From contig JAZKFU010000011.1 in assembly GCA_040386275.1 (NCBI GenBank), positions 1,383-65,382 of the forward strand: a stretch of DNA of 64,000 nucleotides. Direction: 5' to 3'. Made by a program: the position numbers and the translations under genes. The notes under the pieces were generated by a model. The model was not told the DNA's origin. It saw only the letters and a list, made by a program, of their open reading frames with translations, and searched no databases. Below are positions 9,876-19,053 of this stretch, in pieces. Numbering within the stretch: the first letter of the stretch is position 1; every line of letters begins with the position of its first letter. The DNA comes from Patescibacteria group bacterium. GTDB taxonomy: Bacteria > Patescibacteriota > Minisyncoccia > Phycocordibacterales > UBA918.

Positions 9876-9904
9876 TTGACTCAAAGTGCCTTATCTGCTA
9901 CAAT
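9876..9904 (+). promoter_or_regulatory. Sigma70-type promoter of rpmG
   Basis: TTGACT-17 nt-TACAAT, 10 nt before the ATG. Confidence 0.7.
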
Positions 9905-9914
9905 CGTCACCACT

Positions 9915-10094
9915 ATGTCACAAGATTTACTCGTAAAGTTGGTTTCAGCCGGAAACGCTAAAGGCGTTGGTAAAGGCCACGTTTACTACACTCGTTTTAA
10001 CAATAAGGTAAAGAAAGACCCAAGTAAGAAGTACGAAACCAAAAAGTTCAACCCAATCGCCAAAGAACACACAGTCTATAAACAAAAGAAGTAA
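9915..10094 (+). CDS. rpmG: 50S ribosomal protein L33 (Cys-free type)
   Basis: LVKLVS..G.GH.YYT..N....KKFNP..KEH..YK pattern, 59 aa, basic. Confidence 0.85.
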   Translation: MSQDLLVKLVSAGNAKGVGKGHVYYTRFNNKVKKDPSKKYETKKFNPIAKEHTVYKQKK

Positions 10095-10095
10095 C

Positions 10096-10120
10096 AAAAA
10101 GCCCCGCAAGGGGCCTTTTT
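10096..10120 (+). terminator. Intrinsic terminator after rpmG
   Basis: GCCCC-GCAA-GGGGC followed by a T-tract. Confidence 0.8.
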
Positions 10121-10157
10121 GTTTTTCTTTCATAATTTAAAACTCTCAATCATCGAT

Positions 10158-10276
10158 ACGTGTTCATAAAATCGATAAGCTACAAGGCGGCAAGGAGTAC
10201 CGGCCGGAGCCGTTCATCTGAACGGTGACAACGGTACGACGCTGCTAACGCAGTAGATTGCGGTTTTTGGACGCGT
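10158..10276 (+). repeat. Family A structured repeat, copy A4
   Basis: Terminal stem ACGTGTTCA.AAAATCG/CGGTTTT.TGGACGCGT; core TACAAGGC...GAG-CCGTTC-ATCT-GAACGG-TGA...AACGCAGTAGA. Confidence 0.85.
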
Positions 10277-10279
10277 TCC

Positions 10280-11305
10280 CTACTTTAGCTTTGAGTCCTT
10301 CGCTGAATCGTATTCGCCCTTGGTAGCGAGAGAATTCATCTTACACACATGAAGCAGCATACTCTGCGCTGCCTCTTGGTTCTCAGGCTTCCCTTCCCAG
10401 GCCATAAGGAACGGTTCTTCAATGGCGCGGGAATATGAAAATGTTATTGGCCATGGTTGTTCTCCTAATTTGGCGATGGCGTTGAGATTTTCTGTCGCTC
10501 GCTTTGGTGTTTGTCCACCAGAGAGAAATACAATGCCGCCAACTGCATATGGCACGGACATATGGAAGGTGCGCAAGGTTGCGTTAGCAATTTCTTCAGG
10601 TGTTGATGGTTGAGGGTACATATCTCCCGCAAGCACCATTGAGGATTTTAGAATCAATCCTTCTAAGTCTACGTTATAACGCATCATAGCTTGGAACAAT
10701 ATTTGAATAGCTCTCGTGGTAACTGTTTCGGCACGGACAATATCATGTGAACCAGCAAAGATAACTTCAGGCTCAAGCATTGGCACAATGCCACAGCGTT
10801 GCGCAATCTGAGCGTATCGAGCCATCATCACCGCGTTTACTTCAAGACACTGATCGGTAGGAATGGTGTCGTCAATTGACACAACCATCCGCCACTTAGC
10901 AAACCGGGCACCGAGATCATAGTACTCTTTAAATCTGTCCTCAAGGTTATCGAGCCCTTGGGTAATAACCTCACCTTTAAACCCTTCAAAATCCTTAGTC
11001 CCGAGATCTACTTTAATGCCCGGAATAATTCCGCGTGAAATAAGCAACTCTCCAAATGGTGTCCCGTCATCAGTACCTGACTTTAAGGTTGAGTCATAGA
11101 GAATCACTCCAGAAAGATACTCTTCAATACCCGGAGCGGTAAACATCATTTCTCGAAAATCCTGCCGGTTCGCCTCTTCGTTGGGAAGATGGACCATCTC
11201 CAATCGCTTCCCAGCGGTACTATCACTTTCGTCAGCGGCGAGAATTCCCTTGCCGTGTGCCATCAACGCTGCAACGGTTTCATATAATTTTGGATTTTTA
11301 TTCAT
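10280..11305 (-). CDS. Class I fructose-bisphosphate aldolase (eukaryote-like 'glycolytic' family)
   Basis: GKGILAADES, PGIKVD, GARFAKWR, IVPMLEPEV, FLSGGQ, TFSYSRA. Confidence 0.93.
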   Translation of the reverse strand: MNKNPKLYETVAALMAHGKGILAADESDSTAGKRLEMVHLPNEEANRQDFREMMFTAPGIEEYLSGVILYDSTLKSGTDDGTPFGELLISRGIIPGIKVDLGTKDFEGFKGEVITQGLDNLEDRFKEYYDLGARFAKWRMVVSIDDTIPTDQCLEVNAVMMARYAQIAQRCGIVPMLEPEVIFAGSHDIVRAETVTTRAIQILFQAMMRYNVDLEGLILKSSMVLAGDMYPQPSTPEEIANATLRTFHMSVPYAVGGIVFLSGGQTPKRATENLNAIAKLGEQPWPITFSYSRAIEEPFLMAWEGKPENQEAAQSMLLHVCKMNSLATKGEYDSAKDSKLK

Positions 11306-11413
11306 ACTGTTAAAAGTATAACAGCCCGCAACTAAATTGTATTTTTGATATGGGGACTCATTTACCAAAAGACGCTCATTGTGCTTCTATAAAATCACTA
11401 AGCCTTAGATGGG

Positions 11414-11489
11414 GGTCCAGTGATTTTCCCAAGGAAAGAAAAAATCAGGACATAAATTCAGAATAATCACTACGTTCATTTCTTCATTC
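11414..11489 (+). repeat. Family B hairpin repeat, copy B1
   Basis: GGTCC-AG-TGATTTTC-CCAAGGAAA-GAAAAAATCA-GGAC-ATAAATTCAGAATAATCACTACGTTCATTTCTTCATTC; near-identical to the copies at 48761 and 58269. Confidence 0.85.
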
Positions 11490-11503
11490 AATTTTTTGCG
11501 AGT

Positions 11504-12271
11504 TTAAGATCGGATTTTCCAACCTCGTTTAAATATCTGCGTAACCACCGTCCCCAACACCAACACCAAACCAACAGTAATGATTAATCCGACTACTTGA
11601 TTTGCTTCATGATAGCCAATCATTGAACCACGAATTCCATCAGCAAAGTAGAAGAATGGGTTAAGCACGGTAATTTGCGCTGCGAGTGCTGGCAACATGG
11701 TAATAGAATAGAAAATTCCGCCCAAATACGTTAAAGGTGTAATCACAAAGGTATTAAGCATTTGTAATTGTTCAAACCCTTCAGCCCACAGAGCTACAAT
11801 AATTCCTAACATCGCAAAGATGGCTGAAATGGCGGCGACGTAAAATATGAACATGAGTGGATTGGTGAGCGTCACAGCCCCAAACAACATTCCGACAATG
11901 AGAATCAGAAACGCCACAATCATCGCCCGCGCAACCGCACTCCCCACAAACCCGAGCAACATCTCAAGATACGAAAATGGTGTTATTAAAATCTCCTCAA
12001 TGCCCCGGGTAAATTTCATAAAGAATAGTGCCGACGAAGCACTGGAAAAACTCGCATTAATGATTGAAAGCATCAGTACTCCCGGAAATACAAAAGAGAT
12101 ATACGGCACCCCAGCAAAGCTTTCTATTTTTGATCCAATCACGGTACCAAAAATAAAAATGTAAAGAGCTGCAGAAATCACCGGCGCTGCCAAAGTCTGC
12201 ACTGACACACGCAAGGTTCTTTTAACTTCGCGTCTCAACATCGTATATAACCCAATCCAATTAATAGTCAT
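11504..12271 (-). CDS. ABC-2 type transporter permease (YadH-like)
   Basis: Multiple TM segments; REVKR.LR...QTL.APVI, YISFVFPG, PLTYLGGIFYS, NPFFY. Confidence 0.9.
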   Translation of the reverse strand: MTINWIGLYTMLRREVKRTLRVSVQTLAAPVISAALYIFIFGTVIGSKIESFAGVPYISFVFPGVLMLSIINASFSSASSALFFMKFTRGIEEILITPFSYLEMLLGFVGSAVARAMIVAFLILIVGMLFGAVTLTNPLMFIFYVAAISAIFAMLGIIVALWAEGFEQLQMLNTFVITPLTYLGGIFYSITMLPALAAQITVLNPFFYFADGIRGSMIGYHEANQVVGLIITVGLVLVLGTVVTQIFKRGWKIRS

Positions 12272-12273
12272 AA

Positions 12274-13038
12274 TTATTTTTTATCAGACTCACCAATAAC
12301 TGCCAAGTACGCCTCTTCAATTGATTTACCATCTTTCATAAATTCTTCTTTGGTACCTTGCGCTACAATCCGTCCATGATTAATAATCGCAATGTCTCGA
12401 CAGAGATACTGAATTTCCTCTAAATAGTGCGAGGTAAGAATAATTGTTTTTCCGCCTTCATTTAGTTCCTTGAGGTACGCCCATAATCCTCGCCGTTGTT
12501 CAACATCCACTCCAGCGGTTGGTTCATCGAGAATTAGTAGGTCCGGTGTATGCACGAGTGCTCGTCCCAACATCGCTCGACGTTTTAGTCCGCCGGATAA
12601 TTTTTGGAACTTAACATTTCTGTGTTCTTCCAAATCAAATTGTGCAATCAATTCATTAATTCGCTTCATTTTTACCTCGTGCGGAATTCCATAGTACCCA
12701 CCAATAAAATCCATAAGTTCCACCGGCGTTGAAAAAATGTCCACGTTAAATTCCTGCGGTGAGAGACCGACTTTAGTACGTGCCAATTTATAGTCAGCCA
12801 CCACATCCACCCCATCAATAAGAATTTGACCGCTAGTAGGTTGGGCGATGCCCGTAATGCAGTGAATCGTCGTCGACTTCCCCGCTCCATTGGGACCAAG
12901 CAATCCAAAAAACGCCCCCTTAGGGATAGAGAGACTTATTCCATCAACGGCAGTTTTATCATCTTTTTTCTTCCCCCCTTTGTACACCTTCACCAAATTC
13001 TTAATCTCCAACATCGGCACGTTTGAATTGTCTGACAT
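12274..13038 (-). CDS. ABC transporter ATP-binding subunit (YadG-like)
   Basis: GPNGAGKST, LSGG, ILDEPTAGVD, SHYLEE. Confidence 0.93.
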   Translation of the reverse strand: MSDNSNVPMLEIKNLVKVYKGGKKKDDKTAVDGISLSIPKGAFFGLLGPNGAGKSTTIHCITGIAQPTSGQILIDGVDVVADYKLARTKVGLSPQEFNVDIFSTPVELMDFIGGYYGIPHEVKMKRINELIAQFDLEEHRNVKFQKLSGGLKRRAMLGRALVHTPDLLILDEPTAGVDVEQRRGLWAYLKELNEGGKTIILTSHYLEEIQYLCRDIAIINHGRIVAQGTKEEFMKDGKSIEEAYLAVIGESDKK

Positions 13039-13087
13039 ATGTATATAATTATCACCAGTATACCAGATTTGCAAAATTAGACGTAGA

Positions 13088-13113
13088 AAAGGCGACACCG
13101 CGGTGTCGCCTTT
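13088..13113 (-). terminator. Intrinsic terminator after the 13130-13807 gene
   Basis: AAAGGCGACAC-CGCG-GTGTCGCCTTT. Confidence 0.7.
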
Positions 13114-13129
13114 ATCAATTTTGACCAAA

Positions 13130-13807
13130 TTATTCATCAGCGCTTGACGCTTCCACTCGATGACTCATGTACAACTGGTAGTCTTCGTCCGTCACTGAAG
13201 CAAATTCCAGTCCTTGTCGCTTCAAGATGTTTCTTATCCGAGCCACAGTGTTGTAAGCATGAATTATCTCATACGCCTCATCCTCACTTTTGATGAGCAG
13301 TTGACCTAATGTGACAACACCAGCCGCAGTAAGCGAGCGTTGCGCTGACTTAGGAACTTCTTCGAACCACCCCAGCTCAAGCAATGGTATATGCCACGGC
13401 ACTAGTGGTTCTGGAACAAGCCTTTCCAACTGAGGGACTGGTACGTACATTTCAGATGAAAACTCGAGTTTAAAGCTCAATTTGTATTTGAACGCGATAC
13501 CAAAGGCCATCAAAAGTACCCTCTGTACGTATTGATTTTTTGGCCAAACGAGACTCCAATATTTTTCGTCTTCTTTTGACGAAACCCATTCATAAAGTCT
13601 ATTTACTCTGGTGATATCATCCCAGCCAAACAGTTTACTGATTTCTTCTGTCGTCAAGAGATTAAGCTCAACAACTTCAAACAACTGCTCGCAAAACCAC
13701 CTTTCGGTGATTTTGTCAGAGCTTATATCCGTACAATTATTCACCAAATCATTTACGACCTGGGTCACGAGCGTTCGGAATTGCACTTCTGCAGCATTAA
13801 AATTCAT
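13130..13807 (-). CDS. Hypothetical protein with a C-terminal RNA polymerase alpha-CTD-like domain
   Basis: C-terminal PLLEL...AQRSLTAAGVVTLGQLLIKSEDE...RIRNILKRQGLEF resembles the alpha-CTD pattern; GGGAG SD before ATG 13807. Confidence 0.65.
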   Translation of the reverse strand: MNFNAAEVQFRTLVTQVVNDLVNNCTDISSDKITERWFCEQLFEVVELNLLTTEEISKLFGWDDITRVNRLYEWVSSKEDEKYWSLVWPKNQYVQRVLLMAFGIAFKYKLSFKLEFSSEMYVPVPQLERLVPEPLVPWHIPLLELGWFEEVPKSAQRSLTAAGVVTLGQLLIKSEDEAYEIIHAYNTVARIRNILKRQGLEFASVTDEDYQLYMSHRVEASSADE

Positions 13808-13880
13808 GTTGGCATCTCCCTTGATTTTCACAAATCAGCTTGTTTTCTAAGCTTCCGTGTAGTACCATGCCATAAATTCG

Positions 13881-14684
13881 ATGAAAAATCAAGAAAAAGC
13901 CTGGCTTCTGAAGGAAAAATATCAAGGCGTGGAAAGCTCCGCTTTCAACGCTGATTGTGTCCGTTTGGAGGCTGGAGTACCACTCGCCTACCTCATTGGT
14001 TCTGTGCCGTTTCTTGATTGCACCATCCACCTCGACTCCTATCCCCTCATCCCCCGCCCGGAAACAGAATATTGGGTAGAAAAAGCCATCACCGCCATCA
14101 GAGTGCATAGTTCGAGGCGAGACCTCGAACGTACTACCGAAGGAGGTCCTGCCTCCTCCTTAAAAATTCTTGACCTTTGTGCTGGTAGTGGAGCGATTGG
14201 GGTGGCGGTCGCAAAAGCTGAATCTTCCGCTCACGTGACATTTGCCGAACTCGACCCTGCTCACCTGCCCACCATTGAAAAAAATATTCTCTCCAACCTT
14301 TCTGTTAACAGAAAGGTTGGAGAGAATGAAATAAACATCATCAGTGGTGATTTGTTTGAAAATGTACCACCGGGGCAAAAATTTGATTTCATTCTCACTA
14401 ACCCGCCCTATATAGATGCTGCTGCCAATACGGTAGATACTAACGTTGTCGAACAGGAACCACATCTGGCATTATTCGGGGGTGATAGTGGGATGGAAAT
14501 AATTGCTCGTATTATTACTTGTGCACCCCTGTACCTCACCCCAATCGGACAACTCTGGATTGAACATGAACCAGCACAAGTTGCGGAAATCGCTTCCCTC
14601 GCGCTCGAACATGGCTTCTCTATAATTACCCACCCTGACCAGTACGGAGTCCCTCGTTTTAGCGTGCTCACTATGGCACAATAG
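13881..14684 (+). CDS. prmC: Release factor glutamine methyltransferase (HemK/PrmC)
   Basis: PLAYLIG..PF, LIPRPETE, ILDLCAGSG, NPPY, EPHLALFGG; contains palindromic in-frame insertions. Confidence 0.92.
   Translation: MKNQEKAWLLKEKYQGVESSAFNADCVRLEAGVPLAYLIGSVPFLDCTIHLDSYPLIPRPETEYWVEKAITAIRVHSSRRDLERTTEGGPASSLKILDLCAGSGAIGVAVAKAESSAHVTFAELDPAHLPTIEKNILSNLSVNRKVGENEINIISGDLFENVPPGQKFDFILTNPPYIDAAANTVDTNVVEQEPHLALFGGDSGMEIIARIITCAPLYLTPIGQLWIEHEPAQVAEIASLALEHGFSIITHPDQYGVPRFSVLTMAQ
14109..14160. repeat. Two REP-like palindromes inserted in-frame in prmC
   Basis: GTTCGAGG-CGAGA-CCTCGAAC and AGGAGG-TCCTG-CCTCCT; the first is identical to rnhB 50973-50994. Confidence 0.75.
14286..14327. repeat. 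Perfect 42-bp palindrome inside prmC
   Basis: ATTCTCTCCAACCTTTCTGTT|AACAGAAAGGTTGGAGAGAAT; encodes ILSNLSVNRKVGEN on both strands. Confidence 0.9.
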
Positions 14685-14689
14685 TAGAT

Positions 14690-14908
14690 ATGGCAAACAT
14701 TCCTTCACTCTCGTTACCTCTCGATTTAATAACCAATGTTATTTTCTTAGTCGCCGTTATTATCTATGTTATTTTTACCATTGTGTTTTACTATCACTGG
14801 CAAAACTATTCAGTAGAAAAATCAGCTACTATCCAAACGTATCTAGCGTATTTTGTGATTACCCTTCCCCTCCTGGCCCTGATGGGACTAAGCGTGTTAA
14901 TTATTTAA
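14690..14908 (+). CDS. Small two-TM membrane protein
   Basis: 72 aa, two hydrophobic helices, YHW..Y motif, operonic spacing. Confidence 0.75.
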   Translation: MANIPSLSLPLDLITNVIFLVAVIIYVIFTIVFYYHWQNYSVEKSATIQTYLAYFVITLPLLALMGLSVLII

Positions 14909-14914
14909 AATTGT

Positions 14915-15478
14915 ATGTTATTTGAAAAAATACAACTTGAACCAGATGAATTGGTAATTAAAACGGTACGTAAACACTGGTTTGTAATTACCGTAGAGTT
15001 ACTCGTTATAGTCCTTTTTGGGTTAATGCCGGTATTTGGATTAATGATTGCCTTAGCTTTACCGCCGGAATTACTGATTATAAATTTTCTTGAAACGCAG
15101 ACGCCCATAATTATTTTTGGATTATCTGCCTGGTTACTGATGAGCGCCATGGCCACTGCAACCGCTTGGACTCATTACTATCTTGATCTCTGGGTAATTA
15201 CCGACAGACGGATTATTGTGATTGATCAGGTAAATTATTTTAGTCGTAAAGTGAGTAATTTTAGATTAGAACGATTGCAAGATATTAAAGTCTCTATCAC
15301 CGGATTAATTCCTACCTTACTTAACTATGGTACAGTTCGCGCCCAAACCGCCTCTGCCGCAGAGAGCAACTTTGAAAGCCGTTTCCTTCCTGATCCACGA
15401 GAACTCCAGGCACTCATTCAAACCGCGATGGATGAACGACTCCAAAAACTCGGAAATAATGTTCCTTTGGCTGATTAA
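14915..15478 (+). CDS. Membrane protein with a bacterial PH (bPH_2) domain
   Basis: RKHWF, two TM segments, WVITDRRII, LERLQDI, LLNYGTV..QTA. Confidence 0.8.
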   Translation: MLFEKIQLEPDELVIKTVRKHWFVITVELLVIVLFGLMPVFGLMIALALPPELLIINFLETQTPIIIFGLSAWLLMSAMATATAWTHYYLDLWVITDRRIIVIDQVNYFSRKVSNFRLERLQDIKVSITGLIPTLLNYGTVRAQTASAAESNFESRFLPDPRELQALIQTAMDERLQKLGNNVPLAD

Positions 15479-15565
15479 TTTAAAAATAATTCCACTAGTA
15501 TAAATCTGCAGGGAAACTATATTTTACTTGCCATTTAAGCCTTCCTCCCCTACAATCAATCCATT

Positions 15566-16840
15566 ATGACTGACAAAACTCAACCAACTGATTCATACAA
15601 AGGGGTACGCGACTTCTACCCAGAAGACATGGCGGTCCAACGGTACATTTTTGATGTCTGGAGCCAAACAGCCGAGAGTTTTGGGTTTGAACGGTACGAC
15701 GCGTCGGTACTTGAACCATCTGATTTATATAAAGCGAAAGGGGCAGAAAACGAAGAAATGGTGAATGAACAAACATACACCTTTATTGACCGCGGAGAAC
15801 GAGAGGTAACACTTCGTCCTGAAATGACTCCAACCGTGGCCCGGATGGTAGCCGGTAAACGGCGTGAACTGTCGTTCCCCATTCGTTGGTATTCTATACC
15901 TAACCTATTTCGGTATGAACGTCCACAGCGCGGTCGGTTGCGAGAACACTGGCAATTAAACTGTGATATTTTTGGCGCGACAGACTATACCGCTGATGTT
16001 GAAATGATTGCGTTAGCTTCACAAGTAATTCTTAACTTTGGTGCTGACCCGTCATTGTTTGAAATTCGAGTGAACGATAGAACCGAAATGCGTTCGCTCT
16101 ACGCTGGCTTTGGTGTTACTGATGAATCAGTGCAAGACAGCATCACCAGACTTAACGATCGATTTTATAAGATATCAGCTACCGAATACAAAATTGCCTT
16201 AGGTGAAATTGTCGAGGATGGCAGTGCGGTGGAAAAAATATACACTCTGGTTTCAGGTGGTGACAGCACTGACAGCAACGCAGTGGTTGAGGGATTAAAA
16301 GAACTTGGTATCACCAACGTCAAAATCGATCGCTCAATTGCGCGAGGGTTTAATTACTATACCGGGACCATTTTTGAAATCTTTGACGTCTCAGGAGAAA
16401 ACAACCGTTCAATGTTGGGTGGTGGTCGCTACGACAACCTCACCTCCATGTTTGGCGGTGAAGCTATTTCTGGAATTGGATTTGGTATGGGTGATGTCAC
16501 GATGCGTGATTTTCTCGAAACTCATGATTTAATTACTGCCAATATCACTGCTCCCGATTTGATGGTGATTCCGATGGACCCAGCTCAAAACCTGCAGGCA
16601 CAAAAAATTGCTATGCAATTCCGCGAGACCGCCGGCTTAAGTGTCGCGACCGACATCAGTACCAAAAAATTAGGTAAAAAGATTGGTGATGCCAGCGAGA
16701 AGCTTGTAAACTATGTACTCGTGGTTGGTGAAAACGAAATCAAAGAAAACACCTACACCCTTAAGAATCTTAACGAAGAGATGCAAGTTAAAGGAACTAT
16801 AGAAGATATCCTTAAAAAATTCACCGACGGAGACCTGTAG
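15566..16840 (+). CDS. hisS: Histidyl-tRNA synthetase
   Basis: KGVRDFYP, LRPEMT, FRYERPQRGRLREHWQ, RGFNYYTG, GGGRYD. Confidence 0.96.
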   Translation: MTDKTQPTDSYKGVRDFYPEDMAVQRYIFDVWSQTAESFGFERYDASVLEPSDLYKAKGAENEEMVNEQTYTFIDRGEREVTLRPEMTPTVARMVAGKRRELSFPIRWYSIPNLFRYERPQRGRLREHWQLNCDIFGATDYTADVEMIALASQVILNFGADPSLFEIRVNDRTEMRSLYAGFGVTDESVQDSITRLNDRFYKISATEYKIALGEIVEDGSAVEKIYTLVSGGDSTDSNAVVEGLKELGITNVKIDRSIARGFNYYTGTIFEIFDVSGENNRSMLGGGRYDNLTSMFGGEAISGIGFGMGDVTMRDFLETHDLITANITAPDLMVIPMDPAQNLQAQKIAMQFRETAGLSVATDISTKKLGKKIGDASEKLVNYVLVVGENEIKENTYTLKNLNEEMQVKGTIEDILKKFTDGDL

Positions 16841-17003
16841 GCTTCGAAAGCACTCAATATCACCCATTCTGCTTTGTTGGGTGATAAAAAATTTTGTTCA
16901 ATGTGCAATAAGCACACCTCACAATATTTTTCATCACCCGTCGCGCATCTCGGGTAATCTTGAGCACTCGTGATATAATTGATTTCTCAACCATTTTTCT
17001 CTT

Positions 17004-17579
17004 ATGCGCTACATTATATTCGACCTCGAAACCCAGAATATTTTCCAAGAAGTTGGCAGTAGCGATCCGGCTGCCCTTGATATCTCGGTGGGGTCTTTTT
17101 ATGACAGTGCGACTGACAAATACCTCACCGTCACCGTTGATGAAATCGCCAAAGCCTGGCCACTTTTAGAGCAAGCCGATGCGCTTGTTGGCTACAATAG
17201 TAACCACTTTGACATTCCCCTTTTAAATAAATACTACCCAGGAGATTTAACCCAAATTAAAAGTATCGATATTCTCGAATCAATTCGCGCTTCCCTCGGA
17301 CGACGATTACGTCTTGATAGTATTGCAGAAGCGACAATTGGCGCCAAGAAATCTTCCAACGGACTGCAAGCTGTACGCTGGTGGAAGGAAGGTAAAATTG
17401 ATGAAATCAAAAAGTACTGTGAGCAGGACGTAAAGGTCACGAAAAAAGTATTTGATTACGCCATGAAGCACGGTCACGTAAAATTCAAAGACGGCTCCCG
17501 CAAACGCGAAATCCCCTTAGACATATCAACCTGGATGATCAAAGAAGACACCGCCATGACCCACTCGCTGTTGTTTTAA
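17004..17579 (+). CDS. RNase H-like DEDD exonuclease-domain protein (YprB/RNase_H_2-like)
   Basis: FDLETQ, VGYN..HFDIP, YCEQDV motifs. Confidence 0.8.
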   Translation: MRYIIFDLETQNIFQEVGSSDPAALDISVGSFYDSATDKYLTVTVDEIAKAWPLLEQADALVGYNSNHFDIPLLNKYYPGDLTQIKSIDILESIRASLGRRLRLDSIAEATIGAKKSSNGLQAVRWWKEGKIDEIKKYCEQDVKVTKKVFDYAMKHGHVKFKDGSRKREIPLDISTWMIKEDTAMTHSLLF

Positions 17580-17631
17580 TTGACAAAATTGTCTGGTGAG
17601 CTAGCATGCAGTAAGAAAAAAGGAGACGAAA

Positions 17632-17946
17632 ATGTTGGACTTTCCTCCACGTGGAAGCGGGTCAGATAAGCCAACCTGGGATGATATCGAAACTTTAATT
17701 AAGTCTCATATCGACCACTACCTAAAAGTCTGCAGCTACGCAGTAAAACATACGACGTGTTTCGTAGGTGGCGGTTCAAAGATTATGGAAATAATCGCCC
17801 TAGCAGGTAATTCAATTTTACAAAGGGTGATCACAGACATCATTGCAGAATTAATTGCCACAGATCCCCACGACATCTGCTTCAAGCAGTTCATCAAACG
17901 ACTAAAGTTACGACTTAAAAATTACGAACTGATGAACACCTCATAA
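17632..17946 (+). CDS. Hypothetical protein (ORFan)
   Basis: TTGACA promoter at 17580, AGGAG SD, terminator at 17951-17976. Confidence 0.6.
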   Translation: MLDFPPRGSGSDKPTWDDIETLIKSHIDHYLKVCSYAVKHTTCFVGGGSKIMEIIALAGNSILQRVITDIIAELIATDPHDICFKQFIKRLKLRLKNYELMNTS

Positions 17947-18022
17947 CACCAAAAGGAGCGGCCCCCGCTCCTTTTTCATATCAATAATTCCAATTTCAAA
18001 GTAACAACAAGTAAGCAAAATC

Positions 18023-18141
18023 TAAACGTCTTAAATTGCTTTAGCTGCTAGGCGCGACCGAGTGAGCGTATGAGCCGTACATCGGTACGGTGAAAAGCGA
18101 GCGACCGAGCAACAACGCAGATGAAGTGATTTAGACGTTTA
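18023..18141 (+). repeat. Family A structured repeat, copy A5
   Basis: Terminal stem TAAACGTCT.AAATTGCTTTA/TGAAGTGATTT.AGACGTTTA overlapping the uppP stop; core TGCTAGGC...GAG-CCGTAC-ATCG-GTACGG-TGA...AACAACGCAGATG. Confidence 0.88.
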
Positions 18142-18948
18142 AGCCACCAAAACCGTGTAGGCTACGAATAGTGCAAGTAAAAGTCTATACCAAATAAACG
18201 GCCACAAAGTATTCCGCCTCACAAAGGATAACAAGAAATGAATCGCAAATAATCCGGTCCAAAATGCTATAAATGACCCTACCACTAACGCGCCCCATGA
18301 TACATCCCCACCGACTTGAATCAGGTCAATTAATTTTTTAGCTCCGGCCCCTAAGAGAATTGGGATAGCTAGGAGAAAGGAAAATCGTGCCGCTTCCCCA
18401 CGTGTAAGACCAAGGAGCATACCTCCCGCAATTGATGCTCCAGAGCGAGACATACCGGGAATCAAAGCCAGACACTGAAATAGTCCAATCTGGAAACCTT
18501 TCTTAATAGTCATTTCATTTTGCGGAACGGTTTTACTATAGACCCATTCGGCGTACATAAACAAAAATGAACCAACCACCAGCACCCCCGCAACCAAAAG
18601 CGGTGAACGGAATAGTGTTTCCATCGTTGATTCTAAAAGTAACCCGGCAATCACCGCAGGAATGGTACCGATAAGTAACGCATTTAGTAACGTCAGGTCT
18701 TTTTGATTGACCGGTAACCGTCCTAATTTTCGTAACGCAGTTTGCGTTAGAAGCCACAAGTCGTTTTTAAAATAAAACATCACCGCACAGACGGTAGCGA
18801 GTTGTAATACGGCGTCAAATGCCAAAGCCCCCTCTACTTCCATCCCCAAAAGACTTCTAATTAAGATTAAGTGCCCGGAAGAAGAAATCGGGAGAAATTC
18901 GGTAATTCCCTGGACGAGTCCCAAGATAATGGCTTCAAAAATAGTCAT
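18139..18948 (-). CDS. uppP: Undecaprenyl-diphosphate phosphatase (BacA/UppP)
   Basis: GLVQGITEFLPISSSGHL, ALIPGMSRSG, AARFSFLL. Confidence 0.95.
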   Translation of the reverse strand: MTIFEAIILGLVQGITEFLPISSSGHLILIRSLLGMEVEGALAFDAVLQLATVCAVMFYFKNDLWLLTQTALRKLGRLPVNQKDLTLLNALLIGTIPAVIAGLLLESTMETLFRSPLLVAGVLVVGSFLFMYAEWVYSKTVPQNEMTIKKGFQIGLFQCLALIPGMSRSGASIAGGMLLGLTRGEAARFSFLLAIPILLGAGAKKLIDLIQVGGDVSWGALVVGSFIAFWTGLFAIHFLLSFVRRNTLWPFIWYRLLLALFVAYTVLVA

Positions 18949-19053
18949 AATTTCCACAAAAGTATATCACAGTCCTACGAGTACCCTTCTTAGTAGTGTA
19001 TAATTCCGTAAGTGGACGTCTGTGCACTATTAATTAGAATCATTTTAATACCT

